Below are positions 10,056-22,839 of a DNA stretch of 44,198 nucleotides, in pieces. Every line of letters begins with the position of its first letter. Position 1 is the first letter of the stretch. Source of the DNA: Octopus bimaculoides. Its lineage: Eukaryota. Location: positions 15,811,298-15,855,495 of the forward strand of contig NC_068992.1 of assembly GCF_001194135.2 (NCBI RefSeq). The letters run 5' to 3'. The notes under the pieces are model-generated. The model was not told where the DNA came from. It ran no database searches and was given only the letters and a program-made list of their open reading frames with translations. The position numbers and the translations under genes are program-made.

Positions 10056-12192
10056 GTATAGATATAAAAAAAACAACAGCATAAAACCTATGTAGGCACA
10101 TACCAAAATTAATATATTACCAAAAAAATATGAATAATAATAAGGAGGCATAGGGACACAGTAGGGGATTAACACGTCGAATGGAATGGGATTGACCGCC
10201 CTGGTGAAAACAACGATTAAAGAATTTATCAAATAAACCAATAAGTGTGGAATAGTGACGTGACCTAGTAGAGTTAAAAAGTCAATTTTGAACTATTCTT
10301 AGAACAATAGCCAACACACAGTTAAACAAAAGATCTAAGAGCTTACCATTCAGTCGGAATAAATTCTCCATTCGAGAGAAGTGGAAAAGATAGCAGCCAA
10401 TATGCCCAGAAGAGGCCATTGTTTTATAGCATCATCATGTACTTAAAAAGGTGTAAATATGGACAATAACAATTGCCCAAAACGTAGCGTAGGCGAAGAA
10501 ATGTAAGAACTTATTAATTGACTGACCTATTATTAAAAATTGTTATTCTATGTATATTCTGTTTTCTTTAAACTATTATATATANNNNNNNNNNNNNNNN
10601 NNNNNNNNNNNNNNNNNNNNNNNNNNNNNNNNNNNNNNNNNNNNNNNNNNNNNNNNNNNNNNNNNNNNNNNNNNNNNNNNNNNNNNNNNNNNNNNNNNNN
10701 NNNNNNNNNNNNNNNNNNNNNNNNNNNNNNNNNNNNNNNNNNNNNNNNNNNNNNNNNNNNNNNNNNNNNNNNNNNTATATATGCATATACATTTGTGTGT
10801 GTGTGTGTGTGCATGATAGAATCAGTGGAGTTCTTTATCTATTTCTCATATCGATACAAGTTATATCAATTACTTAGACACAAAGCCGCAAATATAAAAT
10901 ATAAAGAATATAATTATGAGAACGTGCGAGGTTAACATTTGTTTTTCTCAAAAGTAATAATAACATTAATGAAGTAATGTAAGAAATTTTCCACGAGGAA
11001 TCGACGCCTTATAATAATGGATATTGCACGGAAATTTACTGCAATATAGTGTGGTTTTTATCAGTTATGAAAGTTCAAAATATGATGTTAATAACTAGGT
11101 CTTATAGAAAGTAAAATTAAGTGGCGATATCATTGTAATTAACTTTGAAACACAATATCTAATAAATTAGCATTATTGTTGAAATTCTTGTAATGGAATC
11201 TACTGACTGTAATTGAACAAGGGATTTTTTGGTTTTATTGCCTTTAGTTGTAGTCTTGCTTTTATCAGTTCTTATAAAACTGAGGAAATTTATGATTAGA
11301 TATAAAAGGAAACCAATATATATATATATGTATACACCCCCCCACACACATATATACATACATATATATATGTGTGTGTGTGCATACAATACGTACATAC
11401 ATACATATATATAATTGGCAACTAAGCAATGTTTCTTTTTATACGCCATTATAATGGTCAAACTAGTTGACAACTCATATTGGAAATAACTTCTTTTATA
11501 TTCCAATTGTAAAATATAGATAAAAATAAAACACAAATATTTGATACACGGATTCTTATTTTGACATAATAACTCACAGCTGAGTAAGTTCTGAGAATGT
11601 TCCAGAGGGCTTTGGAGAGAATATGTTTATCGCGATGAATAAAATAACGTTGCCTTGCCAGCCAATGGTAAGTGAGATATATCTGCTAGCAAAATAATGA
11701 TTTTTGTCGCTTAAATTCTTCAAATCCCATAAAAGAAAGGTAAAAGAATAAGTCAAAATAATTTAAAAATCACTTCAACCGAACCCCGCCCCACACACAC
11801 GAACACAATGTGTGTACTTGTATATGTGTAAGATGTATATTAAAGTCAAGTTTGAGATTTGTACTTTTATCTTGTTGCGCTATAAAGAAAATATAAAATA
11901 TAATTAAATAAAGGAACTCTTTAACGAAGTTTATATCTTAAGATTTTCTACAGATAGGTTTATTTAAGGCGCGAAAAATCAGTGAACTGTTGAAAATATG
12001 ATATGACAATTTTCAAGACTCTCGTTCAATAATTCTAAGAAAATAAATATTTTATTAATTATATTTGTCTTGTTTTATTTTTATCTAATTTTTAAATCTC
12101 GTTTTTTTCTAAAGCAGCGAAATTATTGAGTTGACATCAATGAATTTGAATTTAATAAGAAATAATTTCGTACGTGGTAAAACAACAACAAC

Positions 12193-12560
12193 AACAAGAG
12201 CACTCAGAGGGCGCAAACCTCCACCAAGGCAACACCAACGTCCTCTCAACGATTAGCCGGAGATAATTTTTAAAATGAGAATATCTGAAATAAACTCGAC
12301 TGCTCTAAAACGAAAATGCTAAAAATGAATCCGACCACTTTCAAAAATTAAGTAAAAAACAGGAAAATAATCCAGAATCTTTCTCCTGTCTCGGATCGAT
12401 CCCAAAATCTAATCATTTCGTGCCAGTTATGAGGCCAAACATCACTGAAAGTTTCATCCGAATCCATCCAGCAGTTCTTGAGATATCTTGTCCACGGACA
12501 AACAAACAAACAAACACGACTGAAAACAATACCTCCGCCTTAGCGAAGGTGGAGGTAATG
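12193..12560 (+). mobile_element. Non-autonomous Helentron/DINE-1-like (HINE-type) element
   Basis: Subterminal ACCTCCACC (12217-12225), internal (CAAA)n, and a terminal 12-bp hairpin TACCTCCGCCTT-AGCG-AAGGTGGAGGTA (12530-12557) whose arms repeat or invert the subterminal motif. A-rich flanks. Confidence 0.6.
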
Positions 12561-12847
12561 ATAAGCACCACGCCAGAATACGGAAAATTAATATCGTTTC
12601 TAGAAGTATATTCTGGAAATATATAGAGAGAAATGGCAGAAAGAGTAAACTAATGGCATTTGCATTGTTCAGTTTTACGGTTCTCTCGGTTCGAAGTTGA
12701 AATCACACTCAAGTCGACAATGCATTTTCAAAAATCAATCGCAGCAAGCTAATGAGTGAGCCTACTAGAAATAACAGCCAAAGTTTTCTCTATTAAAACC
12801 ATACAGTTTTATAAAAAGAGGGACACTTTGGAAAATGTCTCAGATAT

Positions 12848-12985
12848 GATGGCGCATGGCCAAACTGTAAGGATTCCTGAGCAGAAGGTCGTAGGCTCAA
12901 TTCCTGGACTAGGTAGTACCTTGTGTCCTTAAACTAAGTACTTCATTTCTCGTTGCACTATTCTTACTCATCCGTAACGAATGCC
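12848..12985 (+). mobile_element. Diverged SINE head (family D-like)
   Basis: GGCGCATGGCC...AAGGTCGTAGGCTCAATTCCTGG...TTGTGTCCTT...ACTTCATTTC.CGTTGC is colinear with the family D head at 25651 (minus strand). Confidence 0.5.
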
Positions 12986-13835
12986 GGGCCGTACTTTGTG
13001 TAGCTCCCTCTCCCTCCAAGTGTAACATTCTGGGTATTTCATTGGATCTCTTTCCTTCTTTCCACAAGTTTCAAAAGCACTCAAAAGGGTCCCAGTAGTT
13101 GACTCCTTCCTTATGGAAAGCAAAGTATATGAATCCAAGCCCTACTCACTCGCGAGTGATGTCTGGTTGTACTTTAGTCTGGGACCAAAAAAATGTCAGG
13201 TTGATCCCACAGCCGGAAAGCCTTCTATAAAGTCTGTGTGATCAGAGCTGACCCGTGTAATAAACTCGTGTAGTTTCAATTGACTAAATCCATTTCAACA
13301 AACATAAAAGAATATAACAATGTTAGTATTGTTTTTTTAATACGAAAAAAAAATATCACATTGCCGAATATTGTAGTTTTTTTTTCTATTTGTTTTTGCT
13401 TTATTCTGGGGGTGGACGAAGACGTAGCCGAGCGGTTAAGATATTCGTTTTCTTGTCAAAAGTTCCAGGGGCGATTTTATTGTGTGTCATTTGGAGCAGT
13501 ATGTTCTATTGTAGTCTCAGGTCAACCTAATCTTCATCATTGAAGTCGCGTAAAGCGATTCTGTGTAAAAGCTGGTCTTTGCGAAAGCCGGTCTTATGGG
13601 TTGCACATATAATTCAAAGGCCCAACTTTATCACATAATATTTGTAGTATTTTATTACAAAGCATTAGTAGCAACATTCTACATATAGTATAGCCATTAA
13701 ACTATACACATTACCGTTAAACAAAATGTACCATACGTATTACACTATAAACTAAACACATTTACACTGTACAAGACACATTATACATATAAGCACTACA
13801 TGCTTTATATATGCATATTATTAGGCATTACTATA

Positions 13836-14053
13836 AGGCGGCAAACTGGCAGAAACGTTAGCACGCCAGATGAAATGCTTAGTGGCATTTGACCCATTTT
13901 TACGTTCTGAGCTCAAATTCTACACAGGTCGACTTCCCTTTCATCCTTTAGGGGTCGATAAAATAAGTACCAGTTGAGTATTGGGGTCGATGAAATCGGC
14001 TTCCCTCGCCCCTCAAAACCTACTGGCCCTGTATCAAAATTTGGAATCATTAA
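13836..14053 (+). mobile_element. SINE family A, near full length
   Basis: AAGGCGGCAAACTGGCAGAAACGTTAGC...GAGCTCAAATTC..GGTCGACTT..TTTCATCCTTTAGGGGTCGATAAAATAAGTACCAGTTG. Confidence 0.85.
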
Positions 14054-14096
14054 TATATATTACTATACATGTTACTTCAGCATTTGATGTCGAGAA

Positions 14097-14209
14097 GGCA
14101 GAATCGTTAGCGTGTCGGACAAAATGATTAACGGTATTTCATCCGGCTCTTTACGCTCTGCATTTAAATTCCACCGAGGTCAACTTCATTTTCATCCTTT
14201 CTGGATCGA
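14097..14209 (+). mobile_element. SINE family A, 5' fragment
   Basis: GGCAGAATCGTTAGCGTGTCGGACAAAATG...AAATTCCACCGAGGTCAACTT..TTTCATCCTTTC. Confidence 0.7.
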
Positions 14210-14344
14210 TAACACACGTTACGATTGAGCAATTTCAGGCGCTGTGACAATAGAAGAAATAAATAGCGTTGAGATTCGTTGAGTGAATCTTTGTATTTCT
14301 TATTGTCTTAAAAGTGTAAAGCGTCGCCTTGGCAAATTCCTTAA

Positions 14345-14522
14345 GGTGTTAGCTAAAAATGCCTTGTGGAATTGCATTTCTTCCGTCTCGTTACATACTG
14401 AGTTCGAATTCCGACGTGGTCAACTTTGACTTTTATTACTTCGCGGGTCAATACAGTAAGGGGTCGGTAGTATCGATTAACTCCTTCCTCCCTAATAGCT
14501 GGCCTTGAGCCTAAATTAAAAG
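14345..14522 (+). mobile_element. SINE family A, diverged fragment
   Basis: CTGAGTTCGAATTCCGACGTGGTCAACTTTG...GGGGTCGGT..ATCGATTAACTCC...GGCCTTGAGCC. Confidence 0.6.
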
Positions 14523-14742
14523 CCGTTACTTTACGATGAGTGTAATAGCCGCCAGACCCCACTTCTTCCTGTAATAATCGATATCTATAAATGCAAAGAA
14601 GCGAGATCTACACGCTTTCATTTTCTACATGGGCCCTCATTCCAGACTGCGTTAATGTAACTTTAACATGTCACAGGGTTTAAATGTTATCTTAAGTAAC
14701 TTGTGTTTGGGGATCTTTCAACATAGTCCTCTGCTGCAAGCA

Positions 14743-14802
14743 TTCGAACCAGACCTTCGGACCAGACCTTCGGACCAGACCTTCGGACCAGACCTTCGGA
14801 CC
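14743..14802. repeat. 13-bp minisatellite (TTCGGACCAGACC), about 4.6 copies
   Basis: Near-perfect tandem copies with no spacers; the first copy has one substitution. Confidence 0.95.
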
Positions 14803-15273
14803 GAGTAAACGTTCTCCTTTTCCTCCTTCCACGAGTCCGAAAAGCACTTAAAAGGATCGCAGTAGCCGACACCTTCCTTTGCTGGTTAAACCATAAAAGA
14901 AGAAAAAAAGTTCGAACAAAATTCACTTCAAGAATTTGAAGCAATTAATGCACATGACAATCGCATGAATGAATGTGGTACACGTCTCCGTGTCTGTCTA
15001 TCTCTCTTGAGATAGAGAAATAGAGTGAGTGAGAGAGAGAGAACGAGGGAGCGGAGCGGTGTTAAAGTAAAAGCTATAAAGTATTCTAGTTGCAGCGTCC
15101 ATTTGCAATTCGAGTGGCAAATATATGAATAAATAAATAAATGAATAAATATATGTCAATTGAGTTAGTCATCAATTGTTGGATATTGTTAATGGAATGG
15201 AAATTTCAAGCATACTTCAGAGAAAAATAACTTTGGTAGTCTATAAGTACACGCACGCACGCATACACAGCCA

Positions 15274-15328
<55 letters not shown>

Positions 15329-16380
15329 ACATATACATATATTATATAACATACTTTATCAAATAAGTAAAATTACTGGAAGTGGAGACCACAACTTTTA
15401 CTGTTTATATATATAGATGTGTTTGTGTGTGTGTGTGTATATATANNNNNNNNNNNNNNNNNNNNNNNNNNNNNNNNNNNNNNNNNNNNNNNNNNNNNNN
15501 NNNNNNNNNNNNNNNNNNNNNNNNNNNNNNNNNNNNNNNNNNNNNNNNNNNNNNNNNNNNNNNNNNNNNNNNNNNNNNNNNNNNNNNNNNNNNNNNNNNN
15601 NNNNNNNNNNNNNNNNNNNNNNNNNNNNNNNNNNNNNNNNNNNNNNNNNNNNNNTATAGATATATGCACACGCATGAACGCATAAAAACAATGTTAACAA
15701 TAATATGCGACACATTTTATTTGGGCGAAATTGTTATTTTAAACAATAAAATTAAAAATATAGACGCACAAAATTAATAATGCTAGCATGAAATTTCTGA
15801 ATAATAACATCAAAATTTCAAAGTGACTCCTTTTTCCCCACAGAGTAAATTCTCATCTGGGAATACTAGTTTTAACTGTTCGCTGAAGTTCTGTCATTGT
15901 AATTGCTTCAAATTATAACATTATTTGTTATTTCAATTTCCAATATAAAAATGTATTAAGAAGTTTATGATATAAAAGTCTTTATTTTTTGTCCGCTAAA
16001 TTCATCACAGTAACTTTTATTAATTGTATTGGTTGGTCTTAGTGCTGTTACACTACTTCGCCATTTATTACAATATAATTTGTGTAATTATAGTGAATTG
16101 TTCATGTTAAATGGCATAATTGATATGTTTAGGTTGATGAAAACTAACAAGGTATAGAGAAGAATGAAATAGAAGGCATATTTCATCCACAAAGACATCA
16201 ATAATAACATAACTACAGAAGAGAAATTTGTCTCCAAGAGCAATAGAAATCGCCCACAAAATAAGGAGCAGGGTAAAATTCGGAACGGATTTGAATTTAT
16301 TAAAAGTAACATTTAGTAATTATATTTGTATAGTCGAATACATTACATGTAAAGTTATCGCCATTCAAAATTTCAAATAG

Positions 16381-17840
16381 TGTATGCGTACAAAAATATG
16401 AGGTGTCGGGAACACTTACAGTAGGGTACAGTTAAATAATCCTGAAATTTTAAGGGAAGGGAGCTAGTCGATTGTAACTGGTACTTATTCCATCGACCCC
16501 GAAAGGATGAAATGCAAAGTCGACCTCGGCGGAATTTGAACTCAGAGCGAAAAAACGGGCGAAATCCCGCTAAGCATTTTGCCCAGCATGCTAACGATTC
16601 TGCCAGCTCGTCATCTTACTTTCAAATTATATAACGAAATATAGAAGTAAACAAGCTTAGATATATAGATTACAATCAACGATGGTGCATACATCACCCT
16701 AGCAATACTTCAAAATATAGAATATAAAGTAGAACAACTGAACATAAGCAGAAATATCATTAAGACAAGAAAATGACAACTTTACAAGCAATTTACTGTG
16801 TTGAGTCGTCCACCAGACAAAAGAATGTGAAATAGAAGAGTTAGCAAACACATTTTAGATTTTGTAAAAGCAAAAATGACACGCACAATAAACCTAACAT
16901 AATGGGAATTCAGTAGTGTCCTATTAAGTGGTTTAAGAATATTGAAAAGAATTCTAGTTCGACATAATGGCAAATTCATTTGTAAAGATCTGATTGCTGT
17001 AGAATTTGGAAAATTACATAGACCACTAAACTGATACCAATATCAATGCTATTATAAATGCAATGATGTCATTATAAATGATGGCAATACTTTCTGAGTA
17101 AGTAACATCGAAATGGAAAGTATGGAAAGGAAGGCTAAGAGGAAAATTCATTTAAACTTAAAACATAAAGAAGGCAAGGTTAGACTGCGCAAAATTATGG
17201 TTAACTTTTTGTGTTTGGTTTTACCAAAGTGATTTTTACTGACAAGAAGGAATTTAGGTTCGATGGACTGGTGTTCTTGGTCCAGGAAACATGAACTAGG
17301 AATGCTGAACAAGAGGCAGAGGGGTAGAGTGGCAGCAATGATATGGAACGTAGTCTATCCAAGTGGATATTTTTTTTACTTAGATTGACTTAAAAGAAGA
17401 ACAGCATGAGTTAGATCCAGCTGTTGCAAACGGGAGCCTTGTTCCGCATTAGAGAAGAAATGGGAGACAATTTTATTCTTCAACAGGTTAACTGCAACAT
17501 TCACGCGTTAAAAACAATCAAGGAATGGATGCGAGACACGAAAATAAGTGTACTGGAATGACCGGCGAAAAGTCTAGACTTATATGGCAAATGTTGGCAC
17601 AGCTCGTGTATGACGGACCAGAAATGACAAGTGAAGCAGAATTATGGAAACGGATTTTAGGAGTCAAAAGATGTTATAATGAAATGCTTGTCCGGTACAA
17701 CGAACGAATAGGGCAAGTGATCGAGAAGAAAGGGGTCTGTGTGGACTACTGAAGCCGAGTTGTTCTGCCCGAAAAATATTGTAGCAAAATTTTAATGACA
17801 CTTCCATAAAATACGACTTAAATTTTTATGTACGCACTCA
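16381..17840 (+). mobile_element. Decayed Tc1-like transposon (DD34E-type transposase pseudogene)
   Basis: Broken frames give SRNII..SRPP..R (HTH/GRPR-like), RKIHLNLKHK, VIFTDKKEFRFDG, FILQQVNCNIH, EWMRDTKISVLE*PAKSLDL, WQMLAQLVYDG...RIGQVIEKKGVCVDY*. Residual terminal inverted motif TGCGTACAAAAAT (16385-16397) / ATTTTTATGTACGCA (17822-17836). Confidence 0.75.
16454..16618 (-). mobile_element. SINE family A nested in the Tc1-like element
   Basis: Reverse complement of CGAGCTGGCAGAATCGTTAGC...GAGTTCAAATTCCGCCGAGGTCGAC; has an internal deletion in the 3' part. Confidence 0.85.
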
Positions 17841-19199
17841 GGGAGTGCAATCACAACAAGAACACTATGCACTTGTCTACATTGTTTTACTCTAAAAGTG
17901 TGTTTATCATAAAGTTTCTATAAACACTACAATAAAAATATTTATAGAGTATTTTTGGTTTGTATTTCAGTTCTCTGTTAAATTTGATAATGCTAACAAA
18001 CGTGTTTGTCTACATAAATCTAAAAACATATAATTCTTTGTAAATAATGTAAATAATGTACATAATTCCTCAACTCTTAAATATAGAACGTAGGAAATAT
18101 CTTGATAATTGAAATGACTGACTGTCATTTGTTAAAAATAATGAATAAAAGAATGTCTAGGGGCAGAATTGAGTGACTGTCTAAAAAGGGAAGGTAACTG
18201 AAAGAAGAAATGGACAGAAATGCCTGTTTTATGACAGCATTCTAAGTATTTTAAAATTGAATTTAAATACTTGGTGTGCGTAAACTTCCAAAGAAATAGG
18301 ATAAGAAAAGAATAATATAAATATATATGGGTTCTTGAGCGCATGCCTCGAATGTTTGGTGTTAACCGAGTATAAGCTGACCTACATTTACAAAACCTTG
18401 TAGATTTATGATGGAAAGCGAAAGAAATTAATTGATTCATACAAATGCGTACTGTATGGCTTGCTTTATTAATTAATTTATGTTGTATAAACAGCTCTTG
18501 TACAGATGCTTAATGTTATCTATTAATTGCTTGGTTAATCTCAGACGATCAAATTTCACAAACCATCATATTACATAAGTGATACTGTCCATACGCATAC
18601 ATACAGCTCACAACATACACTTGCACGTGCCCACTCATATATAATTGTGTGTATACGTGTATTTAGAGTATTTAGAGTATTTACATTAAAAAATATATTG
18701 ATACCTTTCAACAAGAGATGAGCTACGATCGAACTGATCTGTCATCAAATCTTACTTGTTGTGGCCAATTTGTTTTGACTTCAAACACAGTGTATGTATT
18801 CCTCTATTAACCTTCATGTTTTAAGACAATAAGGTATCTTCCGAGGAAAATTTAATTCTTGTAACTTGATCGATGCTGTAGATATACCTTCGTTGTACAG
18901 AGCAACACTTTGGTGTATGTGGTTGCTTAATTCTCAGGTCAACTCTGATCGAATATAGGTTTATGATCAATGACATTCGATCTCTGAGCGTCACCTATTC
19001 TTTCAAGAATTGACAACATTATCTAGTGAGACAAATTTTTAAAACGGCTGAAGAAGATTTGGTATTTCTATCAAACCGGTTGAGAAAATGGTGGCTCATT
19101 GCCGAGAGATTAATATTGTTGTTGAAGAAAGAAAGGTTTAAATAGTTAATTTGTTTAAAAGAACATTAACCTGAATTGAGGGAGCCATTACAATTTTGC

Positions 19200-19950
19200 T
19201 ACTGTATCATTTAGACGACGACGAAAAGCTTTCAATAATTTCCTCACTTCAAAGTTCATACTGAATTGATTTTCTTTTAATTAATTTTGTCTTGGGGTCG
19301 AATCAATCAATAATGTCTCATTTCCATGAAAATTGGCTTTGTTGTTCAGAAAGCAAGCGTTATTTATAGGCTCCATCATTCATCTTCTTTTATGCTTTAT
19401 ATCTTGTTGCTCACGGAACAAAGTCTTTCTATCGTTCTCTGTAGCAACTCAATGATGGCCATTACACTAGGTTAGATATAAAATACATTTGTAACTGTCA
19501 TTTTATCTCTTCAATATTTTGTGCTAGCAAGTCGCTAAAACATTTGTTAAGAGCTTTTATAATTTGAACCTTGATTTTCAATTGATTTTTTCTCAGAAAG
19601 GAATGAAAGGTTATGACGTAACAAATTTATCAAATCCAGAACTTGTAATACTTAAACTCACATTCTTCAGATTTTTATTGATGCTGCTCCCTAAATTGCA
19701 TTTTTCAAACATATTTAGAACAGACATTCAGGCAAGTTTAGCAAGCTTGAACAATTTTCAATATAAAATACCTTATATACAACAGAGAAAATCTTATATA
19801 ATACAAGTATATCACCGCCAAAGTTAGCCAATTGGGCTGCAGCATTATTTTGGATGACTTCTTTTAGTTTGTACTAAACATCAACATAGAATGTGTCTTT
19901 TCAACAAAACCAATTTATTACATGAACTCTAGAGAGTTTCTCTAGGCGAC
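19200..19950 (-). pseudogene. Possible highly decayed Penelope-like RT/GIY-YIG relic
   Basis: Fragmentary minus-strand translations (PFIPF*EKIN; TNVFYI*P; QRTIERL; NFHGNETLLIDS; KLIKRKSI) occur in the order expected for a PLE C-terminus. Many stops; weak. Confidence 0.25.
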
Positions 19951-20614
19951 GCCCTACTACTTACGCTTCTGCATTGTAACACTCTAATACAATTATGTAT
20001 ATAGAAACACTACAGTACGTAAGCACACTCGTCCTCTTTTTCCTCTTCCTCTTCCTTTTGGTTCATATTTATCATCTAAATATATACCGTCATAATCGCA
20101 GAAAACAAAATAATAAATTCATAACATCCCTTACACTTGCTGTCATGCATAGCTATCATAGGTCACTTTATTTTTGTACATACATACATACATATATACA
20201 TACATACATACATACATATAGAGGTAACGATATAAATAAACAAATAAAACTGTTTGGCTTAGATATATAAGATATATACACATACCTGCATATACATAGA
20301 GTGAAAGCAAAAACTGAAGATTTTCAAACAATAAATATTCAAGTATAAATTTATAGATATTTATACATTAACAGAGCAAATAAATATATTTATACTTTAA
20401 TATCCATCGTCTGAAAATCTTCAGTCTTTATTTTCTCTCTATTTGCATGTATACATGACAATATATTTTGCATATCTAACTCAAACAGTTTAATTTGTTT
20501 ATTTGTACCATTATCTCCATATCTGCTCACCTGGATTCCTCTTATAGCTACTCTTTACTCAACGGACTTGGTTCTTAGTAAAGGTTTCGGAGTGTAAGTT
20601 CAAATCATTTGAGC

Positions 20615-20663
20615 GTTAATAAGTGTTTTCTATCCTAAGAATCTCTGGATCTCATCAGTCGAC
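20615..20663 (-). ncRNA. Hammerhead-like motif with intact CUGAUGA core
   Basis: Minus strand GTCGA-CTGATGA-G-ATCC(AGAGATTCTTA)GGAT-A-GAAA-ACAC-TTA-TTAAC. Helix I has one mismatch and the 10.1-11.1 pair is G:A. Confidence 0.4.
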
Positions 20664-20664
20664 T

Positions 20665-20790
20665 CTATACATACATACATACATACATACATACATACAT
20701 ACATACATACATACATACATACATACATACATACGTACGTACGTACGTACATACATACATTACATACATACATTACATATATACATACAA
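20665..20790. repeat. (ATAC)n microsatellite
   Basis: Read directly from the sequence. Confidence 0.95.
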
Positions 20791-21111
20791 AAATACACAG
20801 ACAAAAATACCCTGTTGTTGATGTTGAAATTCTAATGAAGGTGCCTTGGACGTAGGTTAGAAACCGGCACTTACTCTATTGGCAAGAAATCTTGAAATAA
20901 AACTGAACAATGACATGCCTATATATACAAACATATGTATTTATGCACCTTTTTACAAGAAGAAAGTTGATAGTGACATCACAGTGATTTAGAAACATTC
21001 GGTTGACCAACATCATCAAATTCGAAGTTGCAATCAATTTGTTCTTTGTAAAAATCAAATATGTACTCAGTAGTGAAATGTTAAACGATCTTTCAGTTGA
21101 ATGGTAAATTG

Positions 21112-21160
<49 letters not shown>

Positions 21161-21736
21161 AGTGTGTGTGTGCGTGTTTGTGCGTGTATGTGTGTAAACA
21201 CGCAGATATATGTATATATATATATTTATTCTTCTCCACGTTTAGATTGCTAGAATATGACATGTCAATGTATAGAAAAATTATGAAGCAGAACATCGTA
21301 AATGAGAACCATCAAAAAAAAAAAAAAAAACTGAATTTGCATGCTACAAATGTTATTTCCCCGCGAAGAACGTAATTTGACAATCGATGTGCTTCTGTTC
21401 GCTAAATATAACTAAACCATTGAAAGAGTTAAGTGCACAAGATTGCCTTCACTTCCATGGGTTCTATAAATATTTGTACTCATAGTTTCTAAGATTCTAA
21501 TTTGTTTCTATCACAGAGAAGCAGGCATAACATCAATACCAATAAATCAGATAGGACACGAACGTATTACGTGTCAAAGTAATACTAACGAAACGATAAA
21601 TTGATTTAGTTCTGTGTATTTAATGAAATTTTTTGACGATATCTTCGGTTTTCTCTTTGTGATAACAGTGAACAAAACTAACGGAAACCATCTAAAATAA
21701 TGCAGGAACATAATTATATAACATTAGTCGCAAGGA

Positions 21737-22012
<276 letters not shown>

Positions 22013-22839
22013 GATCGTGATAATTGTTGNNNNNNNNNNNNNNNNNNNNNNNNNNNNNNNNNNNNNNNNNNNNNNNNNNNNNNNNNNNNNNNNNNNNNNN
22101 NNNNNNNNNNNNNNNNNNNNNNNNNNNNNNNNNNNNNNNNNNNNNNNNNNNNNNNNNNNNNNNNNNNNNNNNNNNNNNNNNNNNNNNNNNNNNNNNNNNN
22201 NNNNNNNNNNNNNNNNNNNNNNNNNNNNNNNNNNNNNNNNNNNNNNNNNNNNNNNNNNNNNNNNNNNNNNNNNNNNNNNNNNNNNNNNNNNNNNNNNNNN
22301 NNNNNNNNNNNNNNNNNNNNNNNNNNNNNNNNNNNNNNNNNNNNNNNNNNNNNNNNNNNNNNNNNNNNNNNNNNNNNNNNNNNNNNNNNNNNNNNNNNNN
22401 NNNNNNNNNNNNNNNNNNNNNNNNNNNNNNNNNNNNNNNNNNNNNNNNNNNNNNNNNNNNNNNNNNNNNNNNNNNNNNNNNNNNNNNNNNNNNNNNNNNN
22501 NNNNNNNNNNNNNNNNNNNNNNNNNNNNNNNNNNNNNNNNNNNNNNNNNNNNNNNNNNNNNNNNNNNNNNNNNNNNNNNNNNNNNNNNNNNNNNNNNNNN
22601 NNNNNNNNNNNNNNNNNNNNNNNNNNNNNNNNNNNNNNNNNNNNNNNNNNNNNNNNNNNNNNNNNNNNNNNNNNNNNNNNNNNNNNNNNNNNNNNNNNNN
22701 NNNNNNNNNNNNNNNNNNNNNNNNNNNNNNNNNNNNNNNNNNNNNNNNNNNNNNNNNNNNNNNNNNNNNNNNNNNNNNNNNNNNNNNNNNNNNNNNNNNN
22801 NTATATATATAAATATGTGCGTGAATATGCATTAGCAAA

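Noticed and set aside
11580-11667. Possible plus-strand exon ending ATG|GTAAGT
   Set aside because: All frames from the better acceptor contain stops; the alternative acceptor is weak and gives an uninformative peptide.
14743-14802. CRISPR-like array
   Set aside because: Direct tandem 13-mers with no spacers, a eukaryotic context and no cas genes.
20826-20875. Hammerhead-like CTAATGA...GAAACCGG on the plus strand
   Set aside because: The core is mutated at G5, there is no NUH triplet, and helix I does not pair.
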